A stretch of DNA of 64,000 nucleotides from Convolutriloba macropyga. Its lineage: Eukaryota. Of the stretch, positions 45,771 to 56,513 are shown piece after piece (the first letter of the stretch is position 1; each line of letters begins with the position of its first letter). Under the pieces are notes generated by a model. That model searched no databases. It was not told the DNA's origin and was given only the letters and a program-made list of their open reading frames with translations. The DNA lies in NCBI RefSeq assembly GCF_964194025.1, contig NC_134475.1:21886001-21950000 (forward strand). Reading direction: 5' to 3'. The translations under genes were made by a program, and so were the position numbers.

Positions 45771-47872
45771 CGACTTATTTAATATTGAATTGCTTTTCCT
45801 TTGCACTTTGGTGTGTTGTGTTACTGGCTTTTCTGAATAGCTCTCTAATTGACACTCGTCTTTTAATCTTTTTTACATAGCTAGCAGACTTTAGAATCAG
45901 AATTTTACAAAAATAAACATGTTCAAACACGTTCACAAAAATAGTATCGTTTAGTTAGACAAAGTTGGGGGAAAATTTCCAAAATGGACATGTTCAAACG
46001 TGTTCGAATATATAGCAGGAAGCAAACAAGCTTCTGATTGGTTGAGAGAAAATTTGTTGAGAAAGCTATTGAAATGTAAAAATAGGTTTGAACAAAAGCT
46101 TCAAAAAATGCATAAAGTCCTTATCAAACAAAAACTTCATTTAGCAAATCGTTCTTCGTATGCTGATATAATATCAGCGCTCCTGTTGGGTATACCTTCA
46201 GGTGTTAGTTAAACTAGTAAAACATCATTTTTTCAGCAAAAAAGGAGGAAAAAAAGCGATTTTTCCGGTTTTTTTGCTTTATAAATTTTTTTTGACGGAA
46301 CGAAAACTCAAAACCTGAAGGCCATCACCAACTGTTTTTTGTGGGCTACCGATATGAATAAAAAAATTGACCACATTTCTTATAAAAAAGTTGAAAAAAA
46401 ACGAAAAATTTTTTTTTGTTTTTCATGGTGACTTTTGACCCCAGAAAAGTCGGCTCCAACAGATAGTTGGGATGAAACTGACTATTGGGTTGACACTATC
46501 AGACACTGTACTACAAAAAAGCTCATAACGCTCGTCAAAATAAACTCAATCCTTCATCAGATAATTAACCATTAATTAACAGCTAATTAGCAGCTAATTA
46601 GTCTAATTAGTGATTAACAAAAAAAATTCCCATTATTTTAAACGGATTTGTAATCATTGGTACATGCTTGTCACTTTTGGTCATAAGGGTCAGGGTCGAA
46701 AAACGGCTCCTTCACCGATTTTCAAAACATCTGGACATTAACGTCTCATTAACATCTGGCATTAATTAGCAATTGAAGTACCCGAAATAATAATGATACA
46801 CCAGGTTTTTTCCAAAAAACCGATTTTTTGGGGGCTGGAGACAAAATCATCTCATAACAGCTGTCATCGAAAAATGCTTGCAACAGGGGGCTTGTCATTG
46901 GCTGTCATGTGATGACATTGATTGATCATGATTGACAGAAAATCTAACTTTTTTCCTGATAAAGATGAGGGATTTTTTCTTGTCGGGTCCTACATTTTAG
47001 TGCCCGGGGAGCATTTTTGGTTATGATGACCAACATCGTCCGACGCACCCATCGGCATCTACAGTAAAAAAAACTACAAAAATCGCTTTTTTTTGCAACA
47101 TTAAGCGAAAAAAACTGAACATTTCATTTGCTTTTAGTAGATTTTTTAGCTGTTCAAACACCGTGACAGTAATAAAACTGTGCATGATAACCGTCCAAAG
47201 CATCCCTTGTACTTAAAATTTAACAAAGTGTACAAAAAAGCGATGTTTTTGCAATATTATTCAAAAATTCTATAGAAATCAAATCAAAACTTTCTTTTTA
47301 TGTAGGCTACTAGTGTGTAATATTACATCTAACGGGTTCAAACACAAATGTTTCCTCTACCCTTATGTCATTGGAGCATATTATCTATGAAAATTAAGAA
47401 AAAAGATTAAAATATTTGATTGAAAGATCATTAAAAATTCATAAAAGTTTACTTTGACTAAACCTAAAAGTTAGCAAATCAAAAAAATTGCAATTGATAA
47501 GCATTGTTACCTCACATATAACTAATAACTAAAAGGAACTACCCCTGGTTTTAAAAAAACCTTTTTATATACTGTACTATTAATTCGAAAATAACAAACA
47601 AGTTTTGTCATGTCAGTGTTGTTCAGTGAGAAATGTAAAGTCAAGCACTGTTTTACGTTCAACGCAACTTGATATGTTCATAGTAGTTGACTAAAGCGGG
47701 GACGCGCTCCTATTATCCAATCAAATTCGAAAATTTTGAAAGTTTTTGAATTACGCGCGTCTTATATGAACCTCGTGTGGAATAGAAATAAATTCGCCAT
47801 TTGAAGTTGAGTTACATGTTTACGAAAGTTGTCATTATCTCTGTTAACTTTTGAATCTTGAATTTTTCGACT

Positions 47873-50800
47873 ATGGTTTTCAATTGCAAATATTGTTCGG
47901 CAACTTTTGCAAACAGAGGAAATCAATCTCGCCATGAGCATCGCTACCATCCCGACGAAGTAGGTTTACCAGTCTTTACCTGTTGTATTTGTACATTCAC
48001 TTGTAGAAAACTTTCTGAACTGGAACAACACATGAGGACTTGTCATCAAAAATTTACAAATTGTTGTCGGTTCTGCTATATGGGTTTTAACAACACCAGA
48101 TTATTTGCTCAGCATATGAGTTCTTTGCATTCTTTACCTGTCTTTGGCGATCAATTCCAACCAACTCAAGCGCCGGCCGAAACTGCCTTTAATGGTACCC
48201 TTCAGAGCTACCATCTGCCGCCATCACCAACCCAAGCCAACACAATCCTTGCTCAGTTCATGTTCCAGCATAAACCACAAATCAATTCGCTTATAGAACA
48301 AAAACTCTCACAAGGATCACAAAAAGTTCAATTTAGTGCTCATCTTCAACTCCGAAAGCCAAGTCAAAACGAAGATCAGGAAGATGAGCTTATTGAAATT
48401 TATGCAAATTCGCTCATGACACCGGTGTATAGTCAGGGAATTAGCAGTGAGACCTTCTGGACTATGGTCGAGAAGATGATGATAGTGCTAACGACATTTG
48501 CCTCTAATGGTAGTGGTTAGGTGCTTGAGAAAGTTATCAAAATAATTGTGAACTTTGCCCGTTACCGACCTATAACCGGCTCGTCTTACATTGCAATACC
48601 ATCAAAATTACAAAATTGCCGCAGTTTACTTAATATTCGTAACCATGAGGACGCAAATTGCTTCCTTTACTGCTATGTTGCTGCATATCATATGCACAAC
48701 AATATTAGCTTAGATCGACCAGGAAGGAACTACAACACAGACAAAACTTCACCCGAAACTTACAAGCAAGCCAACCTTCATCAACCAACTGGACACTTCG
48801 ATATGCCCATGGGGCTAGAAGACATCAATCAGTTCGAAAATCTAAATGAAGTTCGAATCAACGTTTTTGGTTATGATGGTAGAGACTTATTTCCACTCAG
48901 AGTCTCAAACTTCACAATGGACCTATTGCTTTTATACGAAGCAGACTGTTACCATTATGTGTTGATTACCAACTTGGTTAAGGTAGTCTGTCAACTCCGA
49001 AATACCAAATTTTGCTTTACGTTTCATATTTGCCGGAAATGTTTCTGGTTGTGTGAAGAAGGCCTTGCAAAGCTTACCGCACATATGGAAACCTACTGTG
49101 AAAATGCGCCGGCTGTTTTCGATTACCAGCTCCGGGAAAAATATTTATATAAATTGAAAAACTTAGCCGCTACCTGGTTTGTTCCATTAGTCATTTACTT
49201 TGACTTCGAATCCTTCTTGTGTCCAGTAGCAGGATGCACGCTCCACGGGAACAACTCATACACCAGAGTTATTGAAAAACACGAGCCCTGTGGGTTTTCA
49301 CTTGCGGTAATTGATCACTACTCAACAAAACCCATCTTCTTCCACGTGGACAGCTCTGAAGACTGCATTACTAAATTTGTAAACATGTTACACACACTAG
49401 CCAAGGATATATACAAGCGCAATTGAGCTTTTCCTTTCTTCAGAGGTGACCGTAGCCAGTATCCGAAAAGTGCAGCTAGCGAATGTTGGATATGCAACGA
49501 AGCCTTTGACGATAATGATGAACAATCATCAATTGATCTGGATCACTGCCACTACAGCGGACAATTTCTTGGCTGGGCTCATGAAAAATGCAATCGAGCA
49601 CGAAGGAACGTCAACTTTACCCCTGTGGTGGGTCATAAAATACAAAATTATGATCTTCATCACATTTGTTTAGCCCTCCAATCTTGTGAGCCAACGACCA
49701 CTGTAAGTGTAATTCCATCTAGTGATGAAAAATACATTTCCATGAATTTTGGAGTACTCGTGAAGACCATAACCCTAGATGATGGAAAAGTGATCAAAAA
49801 GTACGAAAATCTGAGGTTCATTGATTCATTCAAGATGATAAATTCGTCTCTCGAAAAGTTGGTTGACATTTTACCAAGAGATCGTTTTGGAATGCTTGCT
49901 TCTGTCTTTCCTAACCTATCCTCAACAGAATTGAAGCTCCTGCAGCAAAAAGGATATTACCTCTATTCATATGTTAGCGGTCGAGAAAAGTTCAGCGAAA
50001 AATCCTTACCGCCTCTTAATGAATGACGTAACACTTTAGAAAAAAACGCAGTAACAATAACTCAAGAAAACTTGAACCACGCCAAGACGATGTGGAACAC
50101 TCTGAATTGCCAAACTCTACAAGACTACCACGATGCATACCTGAAAACCGATTGCGCTCTTCTCGCATGCGTTTGTGAATTCCACAGAGAGCTCAGTTTC
50201 TCCACCTACAAACTCGATTGCATGCACTTTTACACACTGCCAAATATGGCTAAGGAAGCATCCTTGAGAATATGCAAGGCGGAGGTCGAATTGCTTACAG
50301 AACGCGAGCACCTCGATATGATAGAAGGAGCAGTACGTGCGGGAGTATGCTCAGTCTACGAGATGAGAAAGTTTAGAGCAAATAACAAATATTTACCAGA
50401 TTACGACTCTTCATAACCCTCGACATTTGGCTTCTGCGTGGACGCCAATAACCTATACGGTGGCGTCATGCAAAATGAAAAACCCCTCAGTCAGATTTTA
50501 CGCTGAACTCTGATATTACACTGGCTGAGATACTAAACTGTCCTGATAATAACCCTGTCGGTTACTTCGTGGAAGTCGACTTGCATTATCCAGCAAGTCT
50601 ACACGATTACCATCAGGACTTCCCCCTCGCACCATCGAAAAATATTGTTGAGGATGACTGGCTCAGTGACTACCAAGTGAATTTGCGAGAGAGTCATAAC
50701 TTACCCCCCTCAAAAGTTCCAAAACTGTTGCAGACTTTCTTCGACAAAGAACATTATGTGCTGCATTACAAGCTGTTGAAACTGTATGTTAACTTGGGAT

Positions 50801-52137
50801 TAGTAGTGAGGAAAATGCATCGTTATATACGTTAACACCCTATATAACCCTGAACAGTGAGAAGAGACAAGCGGCTTCGAATAAATTTGAGGAGAGTTTC
50901 TATAAACTAATGAACAACGCCGTTTATGGGAAAAACTGCGAATCGAAACGTCGACGGATGAAAATCGAGCTTACTAGAGACGCAAGACGAACCCTAAATT
51001 TAGTAAGCAAGTTTGAGTTTGATACATTCAAAGTGTTTGGCGAGAACATGGCAGCTCTCTCCTCCCGCCCAAAAAAGATCTATTGGGATACACCAACTAT
51101 TGTATTGGCCACAATACTTGATCTATCGAAATACTACATGTATCAGTTTCACTATGGAACAATGCGATCTTCATTTGAATGTCGATTACTTTATAGTGAT
51201 ACTGATAGCTTGCTATACCGGATCAATTGTGAAGATCTCTACCGTGAACTGAAGGAGAGCAATGTTCTTGATCAATTCGACTTCTCAAATTACCCAGAAG
51301 ATCACGAACTGTACAGCGAAGAAAATAAGCGCGTCGTCTTAAAATTCAAAGATGAATTTGCTGGGGATTATATAAAAGAGTTTATATGCCTGAAGCCAAA
51401 GCTGTACAGCATTACTTCCACTAGTGAGTATTTTACGTTTAATGATTCAAGAAAAAACTAACAAAGTACCAACTAACCTTGTATGATTGTCATAATTTGA
51501 CTGCTTTTTGCTGTTCACAGGTAACCGAAAAAAGACCGCCAAAGGAATAACAAGAGCAGCCCAAAATTTGCTTCGACATGCTGACTACAATAATACACTT
51601 GTGACTGGTAGTACACTGCGCGCTGAAAACACAAGGATTGTTTCGGAAAAGCATGTTCTACAAACGGTTTCAACGAATAAAATATGTCTCTCTGCTTTTG
51701 ATAATAAACGCCACATTTTGAACGAGGGAATTAAAACACTACCATTCGGCCACTATAAAATTGATCATTGCCGAGTCGAAGATTTTTCTTGGGATAGCGA
51801 TGAAGTAGAGTGGGACTACGAAAATGTAGAAAATTATGCTCACCTTCTCCTAGATTCGAGTCCAAACTGGGAGCATAATAATAGTTTTGTTGTACCGGAT
51901 ACAACAATAATTGAAAGCCCGGAAGAATGGGAAACACCTGACCCGGGATTTGCAATGACAAGTATTATTAACGAGGACGATATTGATAGCGATGATATCG
52001 TAGATTTCGATGCTACCACCAGCTCCAGCTCTTCCTCCCCTAACCCATTCATTAATTATGAAGCTAATGAGTGCAGTGAAAGTAGTACTAGCGATTATGA
52101 AGAAGAACCAGCATTTAAAGTTGCACGCAGACAATAA
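47873..52137 (+). pseudogene. Protein-primed family B DNA polymerase (pPolB) with three N-terminal C2H2 zinc fingers, an Endonuclease VII-like insert, one intron and an acidic tail; multiple stops and frameshifts
   Basis: CKYC..HEHRYH, CCIC..HMRTCH, CRFC..HMSSLH; GSSYI, INVFGY, VIYFDFES (ExoI), CWIC..DHCHYSG..AHEKCN, H(K)IQNYDLH, RFIDSF, YLKTD, DANNLYG, KLMNNAVYGK, YSDTDS, KFKDE, LKPKLYS, TAKGI. Confidence 0.96.
51424..51520 (+). other. Predicted 97-nt phase-1 spliceosomal intron in pPolB
   Basis: GTGAGT donor, two ACTAAC branch-like motifs, pyrimidine tract and TTCACAG acceptor. Removal restores LKPKLYSITSTSNRKKTAKGI in frame. Confidence 0.88.
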
Positions 52138-52336
52138 ACTTATTGTACTTAACTCCGTAAATTGCGCCTTTTGAATTCCTAACCGGGTAAATTTTGTGTT
52201 TATGAGTGCTAAAATACGTTTCAATAAATTGTTCACTTGCAGCTCTTATCGGAACGAAATTTAGAACAAAGTTGGCTGTTTGACCGAAAACAAGTTTGCC
52301 GCTTTGGAAATAGTCACATCTGGTAAAGAATGAAAG

Positions 52337-52431
52337 TTAATCCCTTTCCGTCTAGGATAACCCCCTATTATCCCATGTTTAAGTATCGTAGGATAACCCC
52401 CCCTCTCTTGAGACAGTATTTACTTACTACT
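52337..52431 (-). repeat. Right terminal inverted repeat of the Polinton
   Basis: Reverse complement matches the left TIR except for poly-G length and one substitution. Confidence 0.95.
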
Positions 52432-52478
52432 ATTGTGTTTTTGGGACCACTACTTAGGTTATGCTTTGAATACCTTAC

Positions 52479-52753
52479 CGTTTCAGCAGAACACCTTCGA
52501 TCATCTGTGCAAACTCCGTGATAGCTCATTTTCGTGTTCTTATTATTTTTTGTCCTTGGGGATTGCCCATTGTCTCTCTCGCAATCGTCATCGCTGCCGA
52601 AACAGCTCAACCAATGAAATGCAACCTTTTTGAGCCAATCAGGCGGAACGGTCACGTTCTTCACGGCTGGATCAGAGTTGCTCAAAGTTGTTATAACTGA
52701 GGTTGCAACCAGTGACAGAACTGCCATTACAAGTTGAAAGATAAGACCGATTC
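52479..52753 (-). CDS. Cys-loop channel exon: M3, MX helix and start of the cytoplasmic loop
   Basis: Acceptor ggttttttttcag (phase 1). (G)IGLIFQLVMAVLSLVATSVITTLSNSDP...VPPDWLKKVAFHWL...CSAET, then donor GTAAGG in phase 0, compatible with the exon starting at 32827. Confidence 0.85.
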
Positions 52754-53095
52754 CTGAAAAAAACCAAAAAAATCCCTTCTATTCCATTTCAGGAGATATA
52801 GATGCTATTAAAATACAAATATGCGGAAATATGAAAAACAAAAAGTTTCCACTTTCAACAATTTTAGCATCCTTTTGAATAACTCTTCTGTATTGGCTTT
52901 CTATTGGTTCATCTTCAATTCCTCGGCTTTTCTGTGAGCCTAATATGAGGTCCGGTAAATTGTGCATATTATAGTAAATGGGCAAGCTATTGTCTTGCAT
53001 AAGGCGCATTTGTTGGTTTCAGTTGTTAGAGTTATCAGAAAAAAATCATGAACACAATAAATCCACTAACCTGCTGTTAGTTATTGACAACTTAC

Positions 53096-53227
53096 CTATC
53101 CATGAGTGATCTATGTTGTCCTGTGGTATGTAACTGGTGGCAGACAGAAATAGAAGAATTTGAACGAGGATGCTAACAATTCCGAAGACAGAACGCTCGT
53201 TTGAAGAGTCGCATGGCAAGAGAAAGA
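53096..53227 (-). CDS. Cys-loop channel exon: end of M1, M2 pore helix, M2-M3 loop
   Basis: FLLPCDSSNERSVFGIVSILVQILLFLSATSYIPQDNIDHSWI(G) aligns with nAChR [33 protein letters not shown]...PLIG. tttcag acceptor and GTAAGT donor, both phase 1. Confidence 0.9.
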
Positions 53228-54029
53228 CTGAAACCATTTCAATATATTTGACTACTCATTTCTGTCTAATTTTTCCTCACAGCTATAAGCTTGAGATGAG
53301 TATTTTGTTAAAATTCCCTGATAATTATTCTGACCCATGTAGATGGGGAGGGGAGGAACTGTTTGCTCTTCTGATTTTTGCTCAGTCAAATTTGGCCGAT
53401 CGAGTCAATTGACGCACAACGACATGAATGGTATCGCCAACGAAACTGTCGAGTGTAGAATAGATAGCTTGGAGGGCTACCATATTTTTCGAATGGCTAT
53501 CGAGGTTTAACGTATTATGATAATTCGATCCGTGTTCAAGTTTTTGTACATTTTTCCCGCGTTTTTCACTCAATTTTTGTTACAAAAAAGTAAGTTTTTA
53601 TCATGATGATATTGATACTTTAGACAAACAAGGCGGCTCGGTAATGTGCGATCGCACATAAGGTTCCGACCCCGCTCATCCACAATTTTGGCATAATTGT
53701 CTACCAAATGAGGAACAGATAGAAAAACACAAAAAATTCAAGTATTTTTCAAAAAAAACTGGTGTATGAACGAAAAAATAGCCTCCAAAGCAAATAAGTC
53801 AGTGGAGTAAAAATGATGCATTAGATTGATGAGATATGCCGATATTAAGAAAGCGAGCGAAGACAAACGGCAAAATCAAACAACAACAAACATTAATTAC
53901 ACAAAAAAATTTATGTCCGTTTCAAAAAACAAAACTTAAAAACAAAGTCAAAATAGCGTCAGATAAAACTGAAAATAAACAATCAACTGGTAAATGACCA
54001 GAAAAAAATGGTTTTTCGCTAGTTCAAAA

Positions 54030-56513
54030 AAAAAACTTGGTAACAATTAGATAATAAATAACAGAAACTTTAAAGTTAGGAAATTCGATGAATATAAAAA
54101 AAAACAATTTCGAAAGTAATGAAAACCATTAGGAGTCAACTAAAACATCCCATCGGTTTACAATTACAAATGCTTCTATAGAAGGGAATTAAGAACTCTT
54201 GGTATTCAATTTTTTATGCAGTTACAAAACGAACAACAAACAGACAACAAACAAAAAATTATTGAAAACTTGCCAGAAAATGCTTTGGAAGCCGTAAAGC
54301 CACACTTTGGCCGCCAAAAAATATTTTCGATTGCACCTTCGTCGAACCCCGATGATGTATTATGTGTTCGCTCATTAATGAAACTAAGCAACAATTAGAC
54401 AAAAAAGAAAAAAATGTAAAATTATGTAAAACTTGTTTTTTTTTCGAAAAAAATTTATTTCCAAAGACATGAAAAAGGTTAATTACAAAATGAAAAAATT
54501 GAATAGGTTCGTTTATTCTTCCAAAGGAAGCCATCGAGACCTGCAATTATCCAGAACATGTCTTACGTCTACAAAAAGAACGTCAAATATGACAAAAATC
54601 AAAAATTCATTTACTTTTTTTTGTGAAAAACCCGTGTGGAAGCCAGTAAAGTCATAACGAATTCTCTTAAAACATTAATTTTTGAGACACCAGTTGCTTT
54701 TGACACCTTCCTTTGAAATGTTTTATGTCACCTCTCACTGATGAAACTAGGTAACAATTAAACCAAAAAGAAAAAAGCAAGAATATGCAAAACTTGTTTT
54801 TATCGAAAAAAAATTATTTCCAAAGACATGAAAGCCATTAATTACAAATTGAAAAATTGAATAAGTGCCTTTATTCCTCTAAAGGAAGCCTTTGTGACCT
54901 GAATTTGTTCAGAATATGTCTTACGTCTACAAAAAGAACGTCAGATATGACAAAAATTGAAAATTACATTACTTTTTTTGTGAAAAACCCGTGTCGAAGC
55001 CAGTAAATTGAAAACGAATTGTTCAAAAACATTAGAATTTGTGACACCAATCCCTTTTGACACCTTCCCTTGACATAAATGTTGTCATCTTTAACCTTTA
55101 AGTAACGAGACCAGGTAACAAACAGACAATAAAAGGAACAAAATTGCGAAGTTGAAATGTTTTTCTTTTTTTTTTTGGAAAACAATTGTTTTAAGCCATT
55201 ATCTATCTTCTAAAATCAGAACATCGGCTCATCTACTCTTCAAAGAACATCCAATCAAACCGGGTCATTGTAAAGGAAACGAAATACGATTAAAAAGACA
55301 AAGAAAAAACGACAGTTAAAGACAAAATTAAAAAATTCAATTAAATTCTTCGAGAAAGTATTGTCGAAGCGGTAAATAACCACAATCTATCTCTTTAAGG
55401 ATTTAAATATTATCAATTGTGCGTTATTGCTAACGCGAAAAATTTGATATATGAACTGACAATAACGTGATAATTTGACAAAGTTTGACAAAGAAAACAT
55501 GAAAAATGGGCAAATACCTAAAAATTAAAAAATTTGTGAAATCTAGTAGTGTCAAAGCCAGAACAACATAACTTAAGGCATAAAACCGCAATAAATACTA
55601 AATTTGAATTCAGCAGAAAGAAGGTGCACTCTTTGATTGCTGACACCAAGCTACAAGTTAAAAAAAATTATTTCCAAAGACATGAAAGCCATTAATTACA
55701 AATTGAAAAATTGAATAAGTGCGTTTATTCCTCTAAAGGAAGCCTTTGTGACCTGAATTTGTTCAGAATATGTCTTACGTCTACAAAAAGAACGTCAGAT
55801 ATGACAAAAATTGAAAATTACATTACTTTTTTTGTGAAAAACCCGTGTCGAAGCCAGTAAATTGAAAACGAATTGTTCAAAAACATTAGAATTTGTGACA
55901 CCAATCCCTTTTGACACCTTCCCTTGACATAAATGTTGTCATCTTTAACCTTTAAGTAACGAGACCAGGTAACAAACAGACAATAAAAGGAACAAAATTG
56001 CGAAGTTGAAATGTTTTTCTTTTTTTTTTGGAAAACAATTGTTTTAAGCCATTATCTATCTTCTAATATCAGAACATCGGCTCATCTACTCTTCAAAGAA
56101 CATCCAATCAAACCGGGTCATTGTAAAGGAAATGAAATACGATTAAAAAGACAAAGAAAAAACGACAGTTAAAGACAAAATTAAAAAATTCAATTAAATT
56201 CTTCGAGAAAGTATTGTCGAAGCGGTAAATAACCACAATCTATCTCTTTAAGGATTTAAATATTATCAATTGTGCGTTATTGCTAACGCGAAAAATTTGA
56301 TATATGAACTGACAATAACGTGATAATTTGACAAAGTTTGACAAAGAAAACATGAAAAATGGGCAAATACCTAAAAATTAAAAAATTTGTGAAATCTAGT
56401 AGTGTCAAAGCCAGAACAACATAACTTAAGGCATAAAACCGCAATAAATACTAAATTTGAATTCAGCAGAAAGAAGGTGCACTCTTTGATTGCTGACACC
56501 AAGCTACAAGTTA
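54030..56513. repeat. Diverged ~360-bp tandem units overlaid by a near-identical ~853-bp tandem duplication (54806-55660 / 55660-56513)
   Basis: atttccaaagacatgaaa at ~54457, ~54816 and ~55670. The two 853-bp copies differ at only a few positions. Confidence 0.9.

Larger units (their letters stand above)
35552..52431 (+). mobile_element. Polinton/Maverick (adintovirus-type endogenous virus), complete boundaries, 16,880 bp, decayed
   Basis: 5'-AGTAGT...ACTACT-3' termini, ~100-bp TIRs and a 6-bp TSD ATTGTG (35546-35551, 52432-52437). Encodes pPolB, RVE integrase, A32-like ATPase, adenain, and major and minor capsid proteins. Confidence 0.97.

Noticed and set aside
52368-52478. Channel ORF apparently reading into the Polinton TIR (host-virus fusion)
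   Set aside because: A phase-compatible GTAAGG donor at 52478 ends the exon earlier; the extension is incidental open frame.
53633-53685. Palindrome atgtgcgatcgcacat with a B-box-like ggttccgaccc
   Set aside because: Too short and degenerate to call a Pol III gene or element end from this window alone.
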